This document shows, piece after piece, positions 31,810 to 41,588 of a DNA stretch of 64,000 nucleotides (positions within the stretch are counted from its first letter, which is position 1; each line of letters opens with the position of its first letter). Position numbers and translations under genes: made by a program. The DNA is from an uncultured Chloroflexia bacterium (GTDB taxonomy: Bacteria; Chloroflexota; Anaerolineae; B4-G1; SLSP01): NCBI GenBank assembly GCA_963751345.1, contig CAVVUS010000021.1, positions 1 through 64,000 of the forward strand. The letters are read 5' to 3'. The notes below the pieces were generated by a model. It ran no database searches and was not told the origin of the DNA. It was given only the letters and a program-made list of their open reading frames with translations.

Positions 31810-33297
31810 CTACTCCGACTTCAGGGCATCCGTCACGAATGCCGCCAGATCCGCCTTCAGCTTCGCCAACGATGGCCCGTGCAGGTACATCATATGGCCC
31901 GCCCCGTAGTATCCCATCGAGACGTGATCCCGCAGCGTCGGATCCAGTTCCAGGTGGTTGAAGGTGTACTGCGTGGCAAAATAGGGCGTTGCGAGATCGT
32001 AATACCCGTTGGCAACGAAGACCTTGAGATAGGGATTGTAGGTCAGCGCCTGCCGGAGATTCTCCGCCACGTTGACATACTGGTTCTGGTACTTGCTGTA
32101 ATCCCAGGGCTGGACCTTGCCCGTAAGGATCTCATAGGACTGGTCGCTCTTGTAATCCAGCACAGAACGGACGTAGTGATTGAGGGCAGCAGTATAGGCG
32201 CCCTGGACCGTGGCATAGCTCGGGTCGTACTCGTGCCGCTCCCCGGCAGCATCCCGGTCGATGCCCGTGATCCGCGAATCGTACCGGCCGATCGTCCGGC
32301 GCTGGTCGCGCAGCAGTTCCTTGACGAAGCGATGGATATTAACCCGCATGTTAGTCTGCTCGACGTAGGTCTCGGTGAGCCCGGTGTAGCGCGCGAGGGT
32401 TGACACGACCTCGGCGCGTTCTCCATCCGGCAGATCCGCACCTTTCATCAGGGCGATGTTATAGGTGCCACGCGCGAACTCCTCGACCTGGGCCAGGAAT
32501 GCTTCTAGGGTGAGGGACTGCAAGTCCGCCGGCAACTTCTTGTGATACCAGGCCGTGGCTGCATACGTGGGGAGGAAGAGAATATAGGGCAGATCGTTGC
32601 CCAACACAAACCGTGCGCTCTGGAAGTTGAGGATGGCGGAGACCAACATGATCCCGTTGACATAGATCCCCAGGTCCTCATGGAGATAAGAAGAGAGCCC
32701 CGCGGCCCGCGTCGTGCCGTAGCTCTCCCCGATCAGGAACTTCGGCGATTCCCACCGCTGAGATCGGGCGGTGAACAGACGGATGAACTCTCCCACGGAT
32801 TGTATATCCTGCTCGACGCCGTGGAACTGCTTGGCCTCCTCGCCGGGCGCTGCGCGGCTGAAGCCGGTGCTTACCGGGTCGATAAAGACCAGGTCTGTCA
32901 GGTCGAGCAGCGAGTACTCGTTGTTGACCAACTTGAAGGGCGGCGGAAGCGGGTGCCCATCCTCGTCCATCGCGACGCGTCGCGGACCGAGTACACCAAG
33001 GTGCAGCCATACGGAGGAGGAGCCCGGCCCACCGTTGAATGAGAAGGTGATAGGCCGCCGGCTCACGTCCTCCACGTCATTCTTGGTATAGGCGACGTAG
33101 AAGATAGAGGCCTTCGGATTGCCCTCGTCGTCTTTCAGGATCAGGGTCCCGGCCTTCGCCGTGTACGCGATCTCCTGCCCATCGATCGTCACGGCGTGCT
33201 GCGTCTCCGAGGATTTCTCCTCGATCTCCGGTTTCTTCGCCTCGGTCTCGTGCTTTCCTTCGCCCGCACGCTCGTTCTTGTCCCCAGCCTTCGTCAT
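31810..33297 (-). CDS. Peptidase S10 family serine carboxypeptidase
   Basis: FNGGPGSSS, DLVFIDPVSTGFS, GESYG nucleophile, GYYDLATP, AGHMMY; ATG after AGGAGG. Confidence 0.93.
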   Translation of the reverse strand: MTKAGDKNERAGEGKHETEAKKPEIEEKSSETQHAVTIDGQEIAYTAKAGTLILKDDEGNPKASIFYVAYTKNDVEDVSRRPITFSFNGGPGSSSVWLHLGVLGPRRVAMDEDGHPLPPPFKLVNNEYSLLDLTDLVFIDPVSTGFSRAAPGEEAKQFHGVEQDIQSVGEFIRLFTARSQRWESPKFLIGESYGTTRAAGLSSYLHEDLGIYVNGIMLVSAILNFQSARFVLGNDLPYILFLPTYAATAWYHKKLPADLQSLTLEAFLAQVEEFARGTYNIALMKGADLPDGERAEVVSTLARYTGLTETYVEQTNMRVNIHRFVKELLRDQRRTIGRYDSRITGIDRDAAGERHEYDPSYATVQGAYTAALNHYVRSVLDYKSDQSYEILTGKVQPWDYSKYQNQYVNVAENLRQALTYNPYLKVFVANGYYDLATPYFATQYTFNHLELDPTLRDHVSMGYYGAGHMMYLHGPSLAKLKADLAAFVTDALKSE

Positions 33298-33344
33298 CAG
33301 AACCTCCTGATCGAGTCCTTCGTGTAAATTCTGTGAGTGCCGCC

Positions 33345-33372
33345 AGTATAAGCCGCGCAGAGGCCTAGTCAA
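33345..33372 (-). promoter_or_regulatory. Putative promoter TTGACT-N16-TATACT
   Basis: Near-consensus hexamers 47 nt upstream of the S10 peptidase start. Confidence 0.65.
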
Positions 33373-33694
33373 CAGGACCCGCCGGCGGGTGCGCCGCGTC
33401 GGTCGGGTTGTAGCACGCGTGATTAGGCCTACCATACGCGCAACGGAACACTCCACGAGTACCGCGGTACAACGCGGTAGAAGACGTGCCTGCTACCGGC
33501 GCCATCGTTTGTGGTCACCTTCGTGCTGTTAGCCTGGTGCTGAGGGCAGTCGCACGTGGACTTCAAAGCAGCCTGACCCCACCACGGTAGAAACTAACCT
33601 CCTAACTGCCCCTATCCGAAGCTCCTGAGGGGAGTCGATCGTCTGGCGCACCAGTCCAATGCGGTGTAATATGGGTACAGTGAAAGGAGCTACA

Positions 33695-34090
33695 ATGCGA
33701 GGAGCAGTTCTCCTAATAGTCGATGCATCGGTCAACCTCGTATTGGGCTTGGCGCTTCTCCTGTTCCCACAGCCTCTCACACAGTGGCTTGGGGTACCCA
33801 TCCCGAGCAGTGCTTTCTATCCCAGCATCCTGGGTGGCGTACTTATCGGGATCAGCCTGGCACTGTTTCTGGAACACTACCGGCGCCTCGTGGGCCTCAC
33901 CGGCCTCGGTATCGGCGGGGCCCTTGTGATCAACCTTTGTGGGGCAAGCACACTCGTGGTTTGGCTGATCTGGGGCGACCTGCACCTCTCGATCCGCGGC
34001 TTCGTGGTGCTATGGGGGATAGCTGCCATTGTGCTCGGAGTCGGTGGCCTCGAGCTGATCGACGCATCCCGGCACAGCCGGCGGTCCTGA
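33695..34090 (+). CDS. Small four-helix membrane protein, hypothetical
   Basis: Four hydrophobic segments; SD AAAGGAG before ATG 33695. Confidence 0.7.
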   Translation: MRGAVLLIVDASVNLVLGLALLLFPQPLTQWLGVPIPSSAFYPSILGGVLIGISLALFLEHYRRLVGLTGLGIGGALVINLCGASTLVVWLIWGDLHLSIRGFVVLWGIAAIVLGVGGLELIDASRHSRRS

Positions 34091-34184
34091 CCTGTCCAGC
34101 GTGGCTGAACCGCTGTATGTGCGTTTCGCCAACGTTGGTGAAGGTGACAGTAGGCAATTGCGCGGGTGTTGGGATAGGAGTGAG

Positions 34185-34542
34185 ATGATGGACCTACAGA
34201 CGAAACGCGTCTACGAACCAGCAGATCCCGATGACGGGTTTCGCGTCCTCGTCGATCGGGTGTGGCCGCGTGGCCTCAAGAAAGAGCAGGTCCAGGCTGA
34301 CCTGTGGTTGAAGGAAATAGCCCCGAGCACGGCGCTTCGGAAATGGTTCGGTCACGACCCCGACAAGTGGGAAGCGTTCCAGCAGCGCTACTTCTCCGAA
34401 CTCGACGAATCACCAAGAAGCCGTGGCAACGCTCGTGGAGAGGGCGTCGCAAGGGCGGCTGACGCTGCTGTTTTCAGCGCGGGACATCGAGCACAATCAA
34501 GCAGTAGCGTTGAAGCGCTACTTGCTGAAGCGGGCAGAATGA
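34185..34542 (+). CDS. DUF488 (YeaO-like) protein, frameshift near 34417
   Basis: KRVYEP...DG.RVLVDR.WPRG.KKE, APS..LRKWF.HDP; conserved tail '[22 protein letters not shown]' lies in the shifted frame ending at TGA 34542. Confidence 0.88.
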
Positions 34543-36425
34543 AGGATCGGAAACACAGCACCTCAGGACGCTTCAGGTGGACTCGGCAACCGGCGCTGGT
34601 CTATTCGCTGGTCGCCCTCGTCGTACTCATGCTCATACTATGGCGAGCTGATCGCCTGATAGCGGCCCGCTTCGGCGCATTCGAGCCGTACCAGCAGATG
34701 CTGTGGCTCTATCGCATCCTGGGGTTGATCATCGTGGCCGGACTGCCGACAATCGCCTATTTGCTCGTCCTGCGCCGGGGTGAACTGGTGTCGATGGTCG
34801 ATGCACGGACCAGCGAATTGCGTGCGGCCAATCAGCAATTGGAGCGCCAGATCGCCGACCGACTTCAGACTGAAACAGCGCTGAGAGAATCGCAGCAGAA
34901 GCTGCAGGCGATCTTTGATCACGCCTTTGACGGGATCAGCATCTACGAGGAGATTCCTTCAGACCGCTCCCACCGTCTCATCGATTGCAACGAGCGCTAC
35001 GCCGAAATGGCCGGCCGGACCCGTGAGGAGCTCCTGGCGACCTCGGAGACCGGTCCATTCCAACGCAAGGTCGGGCCTGTGCGGAGCCGGGAGGAGAACC
35101 TGGACATCCGCCGCAACAAGCGGCCCTATCGCGGCACCTTCTCGTGGATACGGCCAGACGGGAAAGAGAACGTGGTCGAGTATTCGGCGACCCCAATCGA
35201 GATGGAGGACCGGCCCTTCACCGTGGGGATCGACCGAGACATCACAGAGCGTATCAAGACAGAGCAGGCTTTGGAGGCAATGTCCCGCGAATGGCAGACC
35301 ACGTTCGATGCCGTGACCGACGGCCTCTGTCTGCTGGACGCGGAACAACGGGTCGTCCGGCACAATCATGCTATGGAGGCGTTGTTCCCGGCGCACAGGG
35401 GCAAACTGACAGGGATGCACTGTTGGGAGTTGCTGCAGAATTCGGATCGGTCTATCACGGCGTGCCCCTTTGAGAGTATGAGAGAGTCCCTGAAACGGGA
35501 GACTATGGAACTCCCGTACGAGGACCGCGTCTTGGAGATATCCGTCGACCCGATTCTGGACGATGCCAACCAACTCACCGGCGCGGTCCATCTGATTCGG
35601 GATATCACCAAGCGCAAGCAGACAGAAGAGCTGCTCCGGGACTACACGGAGCAGCTCGAGGATAGCGTAGAGGCTCGAACGAAGGAACTACGTGATGCCC
35701 AGGATCGGCTAATCCGTCAAGAGAGACTGGCAGTTCTGGGTGAGCTGGCAGGAGGCGTGAGCCACGAGTTGCGAACGCCGCTCGGGGTCATCACCAACGC
35801 CATCTATTACCTGCACATGATACTTCCCGATCCGAGCGACGAGGTGAACGAGTACCTGGATATGATCGATACGGAGGCCCGCAATATACTGCGCATTGCA
35901 TCGGATCTCCTCGATTACGCCCGAGTCAGACCGAACGCCCCTTCGCCCACGGACCTCCTCGATCTGACCGTCGACGCGGTCAACCGGCATCCCACGCCAG
36001 ACAGTGTCAGCCTTCAGGTAGACATCCCGAACGATCTACCACCCGTCTTGGTCGACCGCCATCAGATGGGGCAGGTCTTGGACAACCTGATTGCGAATGC
36101 CTATCAGGCAATGCCGGGGGGTGGACACCTCACCGTGACGAGCACGCGACCTGGGGGTCGCCGGCGCGCGGTGTCGGACGGCACAGGCGACGATTGGGTG
36201 GAAATCGCGGTCTCGGACACAGGTACAGGCATCCCGCAGGAGAACTTGGAGCGCATCTTCGAGCCGCTCTTCACCACGCGCGCCAAGGGCATCGGTCTCG
36301 GACTGGCGATCAGCAGGAAGCTCGTCGAGGCGAATGGCGGCACGATTCGCGCGGAGAGCACCGAGGGCACAGGTAGCAGGTTCATTGTCACGCTGCCGGC
36401 CCACAGGGATGGAACGCCGGCATAG
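34539..36425 (+). CDS. Membrane PAS-PAS sensor histidine kinase
   Basis: Two TM helices, two PAS domains ending RDIT, H-box 'SHELRTPL', N-box 'NLIANA', [19 protein letters not shown]; ATG overlaps the DUF488 stop (ATGA). Confidence 0.92.
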   Translation: MKDRKHSTSGRFRWTRQPALVYSLVALVVLMLILWRADRLIAARFGAFEPYQQMLWLYRILGLIIVAGLPTIAYLLVLRRGELVSMVDARTSELRAANQQLERQIADRLQTETALRESQQKLQAIFDHAFDGISIYEEIPSDRSHRLIDCNERYAEMAGRTREELLATSETGPFQRKVGPVRSREENLDIRRNKRPYRGTFSWIRPDGKENVVEYSATPIEMEDRPFTVGIDRDITERIKTEQALEAMSREWQTTFDAVTDGLCLLDAEQRVVRHNHAMEALFPAHRGKLTGMHCWELLQNSDRSITACPFESMRESLKRETMELPYEDRVLEISVDPILDDANQLTGAVHLIRDITKRKQTEELLRDYTEQLEDSVEARTKELRDAQDRLIRQERLAVLGELAGGVSHELRTPLGVITNAIYYLHMILPDPSDEVNEYLDMIDTEARNILRIASDLLDYARVRPNAPSPTDLLDLTVDAVNRHPTPDSVSLQVDIPNDLPPVLVDRHQMGQVLDNLIANAYQAMPGGGHLTVTSTRPGGRRRAVSDGTGDDWVEIAVSDTGTGIPQENLERIFEPLFTTRAKGIGLGLAISRKLVEANGGTIRAESTEGTGSRFIVTLPAHRDGTPA

Positions 36426-36470
36426 GCAGAGTTGGTGGACACGAACGCGACAAGTAAAGGAGGGCCCGGT

Positions 36471-37010
36471 ATGGGGGATCTTGTCCGCACGCCGTCCGTC
36501 ATTGAGGTCCGGCCCAACGCGATCACGTATCTGGCCGTGATATGCACCTATTCGAGCGGCCTGGTTGCCCTAATCGGCATCACGGCGATGGTCATCTACT
36601 ACACGGTGGGTGGGGTCTGGACGCTCCTGCCTGACGTCAGCGTGACCGTGCAGTACGTCCTGATGCTTCCCATTGCCATCGAGGTCCACCGGCTGGTACG
36701 TCCCGTGAATCCCATCCGGAGCGGGGTGCTGCTGGTGACCGGATGCGTCGGCATGGCGTTAGTCATCATACTGGAAGCCCTACTGCTGGCCGACGTGCTG
36801 CACCTTCCCGAGCAACTGCTCATGGTCACCCCGGCCTTCGTCGTCGTGGTGGTATGGTTCTGCCTGACGGGTCGACTCGGGCGAGAGACGGGTGAGCTGC
36901 CTCGGGGGATTGGGCTTCACATCCTGGCCGGGCTCTACTTCGGCTACCCGGTCTGGGCCTTCATCTTCGGGCGGCGCTTGATGCAGCGACTTCAGCCACC
37001 GAACGAGTAA
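36471..37010 (+). CDS. Hypothetical membrane protein (about 5 TM)
   Basis: Hydrophobic ORF; SD AAGGAGG before ATG 36471. Confidence 0.65.
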   Translation: MGDLVRTPSVIEVRPNAITYLAVICTYSSGLVALIGITAMVIYYTVGGVWTLLPDVSVTVQYVLMLPIAIEVHRLVRPVNPIRSGVLLVTGCVGMALVIILEALLLADVLHLPEQLLMVTPAFVVVVVWFCLTGRLGRETGELPRGIGLHILAGLYFGYPVWAFIFGRRLMQRLQPPNE

Positions 37011-37057
37011 GCTCGGAGCGCCGGTCGCACCTAGCCGATGCGCTACGTTCCGGCGCG

Positions 37058-38080
37058 CTACGCGTTCCGACGCGCCACCACCGCGCGCAGGACAGCGTAG
37101 TGCCACGCATACATGTCCTCCGGCCCGATGTGGAGCAGCGCTTCACGATCCAGTACGATCCGGTCTCCGTCCACCCGGATCACGGGGTAGAACGGGTCCC
37201 CGGTAGGCACGGTCCCGCCCGTCCTCTCGCGCCACGTCTCGAGGGTCATACTGCCCGCGCTGGCCAGCAGGGCCAGGTGCTCATAGACCGTCCTCTGCAT
37301 CACGTGGACCGGCAGATCGGGAGCGGAGACCTCCCTGATATGGGCATCCACCTCCTCCCACAATCCTCGCAGGGTCGCTTGCCGCGCGATCAGCGACGTG
37401 CGTGTGAAGTCGCCGGTGCTCATCGCCGCGCACAGCCGCTCATCCCACTCCATAGGAACCCATTCGAGGCTGCGGCTCATGTGCAGCAGCCACTTCTCAT
37501 GGGGAATGTACTCCCGATTGGCGACAAAGAGAGCCTGCACCAACGGGGTGACCGCCTGGGTCAACATATAGTGTCCCTGCAGGGCATCTCCACGCTCGAT
37601 CCAGATCGTGCCCGCCAGCTCGAAGTACCACCAACAGCTCATCAGCAGCCCTTCGACCAAGCCCGTGCCCGGATCGGGGCGCCTCGCGAGCTTCTCGGAG
37701 AGCAAAGCATGCAGCAGCCCCTCGGGGTCGTAGAGGATCTCGGCATAGGAGGCATCCCAGAGCGTCACCTGCTCCCAGGGCCGGTCGCGCTCCTCGGTGT
37801 AACTCACGGCCTTGACGTCATAGAGCCGGCCATCCAACACGGTAATGCCCTGTGCTATGGGTGCCCGGCCGCTCTGCCAGGCATCGTACGCCTCCGGCGT
37901 TAGGAAGATCGTGACGTCGATCTCCGAGAGATGATCCGCATAGCCTCGCGAGAGCCCACCGTTGAGCGTCAGCCCGACCACACCCTCAAAGGCCGTAAAG
38001 CGTGGCAATTGGCCTTCGAGATGCCGGCGAAGCGCATCGATCTGGTTTGGCGCATCAATCTGCACGTATGGACGAGCCAC
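37058..38080 (-). CDS. Pol-beta-superfamily nucleotidyltransferase-like protein (DUF4037-like)
   Basis: 'LNGGLSRGYADHLSEIDV' (G-S..D.D variant), 'ILYDP.G', 'RGD', 'N..YIPHEKW'. Confidence 0.7.
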   Translation of the reverse strand: MARPYVQIDAPNQIDALRRHLEGQLPRFTAFEGVVGLTLNGGLSRGYADHLSEIDVTIFLTPEAYDAWQSGRAPIAQGITVLDGRLYDVKAVSYTEERDRPWEQVTLWDASYAEILYDPEGLLHALLSEKLARRPDPGTGLVEGLLMSCWWYFELAGTIWIERGDALQGHYMLTQAVTPLVQALFVANREYIPHEKWLLHMSRSLEWVPMEWDERLCAAMSTGDFTRTSLIARQATLRGLWEEVDAHIREVSAPDLPVHVMQRTVYEHLALLASAGSMTLETWRERTGGTVPTGDPFYPVIRVDGDRIVLDREALLHIGPEDMYAWHYAVLRAVVARRNA

Positions 38081-38175
38081 GATATCTCCCCCTGCTCTAC
38101 CCACCGGGGAAGCCTAGACTGGACCAATCTCAGAGATTGGTCCGGTCTAGCACCGGGAAGAGAGCCGCTTGTGCG

Positions 38176-39649
38176 CTATTGCAGCTTGCCCACCAACTCC
38201 GTGACCTTGGAAGGATCAAAGCCCACGTTCGGCGTCATCTTGAAGTGGACCCCGCCGTCCGCAAAACGACAGCTCAGGGTCAGGCTGAAGGGCGTCTCAT
38301 AGAAGAAGAACTTGACAGCCAACGTGTCGTCGGCGGTCCAGGCACCACTTGCAGCGACGCGATTGGGTTCATTCCTGGTCAGCATCGTCTCGCCATAGCG
38401 CCACGATCCAAAGTTGAAGGCGATCGAGTTATCACCGCGGCCATCCCGCACTGTGATCGTTCCGCCATCACCATCGAGTTCGACGGAGACGGCGTGGATC
38501 AACTGGGCCTCCGCGTCGGGATTGTGCCGGTCGATCACGGCTTCCTGATCCGCCGTGTCGAAAACATACGTGTTGCCCGACACGTCGATCGCCAGCGGCG
38601 ACGTCGCGGCCCCCTGAGCAAGCGGCAGCGCAAGGCTCGCCAGCTTTTCCTCAAGTGCCTTCTGCGCCGCCGCGTCCTCGGACAGCGCGCCTTCTCCCAT
38701 AGCGGGGAGCAGGAGGTCCCAGACGAGATTGAGCACGGCCTGCATGTCGCTGACGCCGCTCGTGATGGCGAGCACAGCGTCCTTGTCGGGCATCACGATG
38801 CAGTATTGGCCGAAGGCGCCGTCCCCACGATAGGCGTTGTGCCGGCAGCGCCAGAACTGGTAGCCATACCCCTGCTCCCAGTCGGAGTTGTTATTGGGGG
38901 CATTGTCCACCTGGCGCGAGGTCGCCTCCGCCACCCACGCCTCGGGCAGGATCTGCTGCCCGTTCCAGGCCCCCTTCTGCAGGTACATCTGACCCAAGCG
39001 GGCAATGTCCTCCGTCTTGACGTTGAGGCCAAAGCCACCCATGTTGATACCCTCGGGATTCGCATCCCACACGGCGCCCTCGATGCCCAGAGGCTCGAAG
39101 ACGCGCTGCGTGAGGTAGTCCAGCAGCGTCTTGCCGGTCAGTTTCTGCACGATCGCCGAGAGGACGAAGGATGCGCCGGTGTTGTAAAGGAAGTGTGTGC
39201 CGGGCTCGTACTCCACCGGGAGCGCCAGGAAAGCCTTGACCCAGTTGCCGTCCTCGGCCCGGAAGAGATGGCCCGTGGTATCCTCGGCATGGCCCGTGGT
39301 CATCGTGAGCAGGTGGCGCACCTGCATCGCGGCCAGGTTGTCGCTCACCTCGTCGGGTGCGTCGTCCGGGAAGATCGAGAGCAAGGGATCTGTCACCGAG
39401 AGCAGGCCGTCGGCGACGGCCAGGCCTACGCCGGTGGAAGTGAAGCTCTTGCTCAAGGAGAAGAGCATATGGGGCACATTAGCTGCATAGGGCGCCCACC
39501 ACCCCTTGGCCACCACGTGGCCGTGGCGCAGCAGCATCACGCTGTGCAGTGCATCGATGGTCTCCTCGGCAGCCTCGAGGAAGGCCAAGATTGCCCCGGA
39601 CGCAATGCCCTGGGCTTCCGGGAGAACTCGTCGGTAGTCTGTTATCCAT
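38176..39649 (-). CDS. Serine hydrolase (class C beta-lactamase/6-aminohexanoate-dimer hydrolase-like), frameshift near 39620
   Basis: FSLSKS (SxxK), HLLTMTTG, PG..FLYN, GYGYQFW, GDGAFGQ; true N-terminus MDNRLPTSSP after AAGGAG. Confidence 0.88.
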
Positions 39650-39752
39650 AGTGATACAATTCGCTCCTTGCCGTGTAGGTGTGGCTTTGCCCTTCCATCG
39701 GAGAAACAGCATATCATAGGACCTCAGGGGCGCCACGTGCGTGGCGCTCGCG

Positions 39753-40214
39753 TCAGCCTGGACCCGAGCTCTCATGATCTGCCCGCCTCGCCACCTCCAG
39801 TCGGCACCAAGCCAGAAGCGCGTCGTACACCTCGAATTGCCGCTCGAGGTTCTCCAGATCGTCAGGGAAGCGCAGGCTGAAGCCGACCGCGATGGCCTCC
39901 AGGCCAGGCGCGATGGCATCGGTCTCGCGATCCTGCGCGACATCGGCGGCATGCACGATCTCTGCCAACCGAAGCAGCGCGGGGTCGGTTAGCCCGTAGG
40001 TCTCGATGATGGTCTCAAAGGAACACTTCCCGTCGCGATGGCCTAGTGCCACGTCAGGCGCATCGAAGGGCGTGCCGCCGGTCTCGTCGGCGACGAGCGA
40101 CACCTGGCTCTTCGGCACGAACAGGAACTCTGCCTCAGAGTCGATAAACCGTTGGATGAGCCACGGGCAAGCCACTCTGTCCACGTGCACGTGAGAACGT
40201 GTGATCCACAACAT
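39753..40214 (-). CDS. Chromate resistance ChrB C-terminal-domain protein
   Basis: WITR....VDRVACPWLI.RFID.EAEFLFV, PFD, H....CSFE, DPAL..LA.IVH.AD, A.GLEAI..G. Confidence 0.88.
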   Translation of the reverse strand: MLWITRSHVHVDRVACPWLIQRFIDSEAEFLFVPKSQVSLVADETGGTPFDAPDVALGHRDGKCSFETIIETYGLTDPALLRLAEIVHAADVAQDRETDAIAPGLEAIAVGFSLRFPDDLENLERQFEVYDALLAWCRLEVARRADHESSGPG

Positions 40215-40256
40215 TGCCACCTCCTGATGATGATTCGGAGCCGTCGGCCCCACACT

Positions 40257-41519
40257 CTACACCGTCAAGACGAGCGTACAGGCGAGTCCGCCGGCATCCG
40301 CTTGGATTGCGAGATCCCGCCCAAACCATGCAAAGTAGGCGGTACCCAGGACGCCAAAACCGAAGGCCGTCAGGAAATTAACAGCCGGTGAGATGTTCCA
40401 CAACAACGCGCCGCCGAAGGCCGCCAATGAGACGATGACGTCTCGGACGAGATAATAGTAACCGAACATCGCTGCCTTCTGGTCCTCAGGCGCTAGATCC
40501 ATGATGAGCGCCTTGCGTGTCGGCTCACCAAACTCCTTCAGGCCCCGGATCACGAAAGCCACAATCAGGAGCGGGAGGGATCGCGAGAAGAGCAGGACCA
40601 GGGGAAAGAGCGAGAAGTTGATAAAAGTGATCACCACAAAAGGCTTCTTGGTATTCTTGTCAGCCAGGTAGGCCACGGGAATGTAGACGAGCATCGCCGT
40701 GATCATCTCAATGGTGGTGAGAAGGCCGAACTGAGGGGCGGAGATCCCCACGACCTGCATCGCCCAGACGACGGCGAAAGCATAGGGAATCTGCTCACAG
40801 AAGCGAATCAGTATGTCAGAGACCAGAAGGTTGCGCAGATCGGGCGACATCACGCGATGCATCACCAGCGGATTGCGCTCCGCCTTGTGCGACCCGGGCA
40901 CATCGTCGATCAGCACTTGCTGCAGCACAAGGGCCACGACGCCCAGGACCAACGCCGCCACGAATGCCAGACGCACCCCGTCACGTTCTCCATAGGCGGC
41001 GATGAGCAACCCACCGACCACCGGCCCCAGAGCCATCGGGATGCGCCGGACGAGGGAATGCATCGAGACGCCCATCGTGCGCTTGTTGGTGGGCATGGCT
41101 TTGGAGACCACACTCATCGTCGCGGGCAGCGAGATGGCAGTCCACGACAAGAAGAAGACCGATCCGATGATCACGGCATACCAGACCGGGAAGAGAATCA
41201 CGATCACGTACCCACCCATTGCGATCAGGTTGAAGAGCAGCAGCGCTCGCTTGTGACCCAGGCGATCGCTCAGGTAGCCCCCCGGGAACGAATAAAGGGC
41301 ACTGAGGAGATTGTCCATTCCGTTCAGAAGCCCGACGGAGAGCGTGCCACCACCAAGGGCCAGAAGGTAAATGGGTAAGAAGCGCTCGGCCATCTTCTCG
41401 CCCATACCGACCAGGATGACCATCGTGAGCAGGGCCGCGATATTGCGGCGCAGGCCCAGGAATTCGATCAGGCGCCTGGCTAGACTCGGCTTGTTCGAGG
41501 ATTGTGCGGTAGGATCCAT
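40257..41519 (-). CDS. MFS transporter
   Basis: Motif A 'GGYLSDRLGHKR', about 12 TM helices. Confidence 0.9.
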   Translation of the reverse strand: MDPTAQSSNKPSLARRLIEFLGLRRNIAALLTMVILVGMGEKMAERFLPIYLLALGGGTLSVGLLNGMDNLLSALYSFPGGYLSDRLGHKRALLLFNLIAMGGYVIVILFPVWYAVIIGSVFFLSWTAISLPATMSVVSKAMPTNKRTMGVSMHSLVRRIPMALGPVVGGLLIAAYGERDGVRLAFVAALVLGVVALVLQQVLIDDVPGSHKAERNPLVMHRVMSPDLRNLLVSDILIRFCEQIPYAFAVVWAMQVVGISAPQFGLLTTIEMITAMLVYIPVAYLADKNTKKPFVVITFINFSLFPLVLLFSRSLPLLIVAFVIRGLKEFGEPTRKALIMDLAPEDQKAAMFGYYYLVRDVIVSLAAFGGALLWNISPAVNFLTAFGFGVLGTAYFAWFGRDLAIQADAGGLACTLVLTV

Positions 41520-41540
41520 GGGAACCTCTCTTGTGACGTT

Positions 41541-41574
41541 GAAAGAGGGCGCGTGAGGTCACGCGCCCTCTTTC
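41541..41574. terminator. Strong inverted repeat, probable terminator after actP
   Basis: GAAAGAGGGCGCGTGA-GG-TCACGCGCCCTCTTTC, a 16-bp perfect inverted repeat 14 nt past the actP stop. Confidence 0.75.
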
Positions 41575-41588
41575 GGATTCGTGAGGCC

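Noticed and set aside
33467-33534. Possible integron attC site (GTACAAC ... GTTAGCC)
   Set aside because: The L boxes do not pair at the required spacing, there is no cassette array and no integrase in the window.
33556-33572. GGACTTCAAA resembling a tRNA-Sec anticodon arm
   Set aside because: The 3' side of the anticodon stem (TCC) is missing and there is no T-arm, acceptor stem or CCA.
34101-36425. Apparent 774-aa DUF488-histidine kinase fusion
   Set aside because: The conserved DUF488 tail is in another frame and ends at TGA 34542, overlapping the kinase ATG (ATGA). One extra base near 34417 creates the fusion.
28830-39649. Two 'beta-lactamase' genes as antibiotic-resistance determinants
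   Set aside because: Both lack signal peptides and the KTG motif, and they resemble cytoplasmic esterases/amidases of the same fold.
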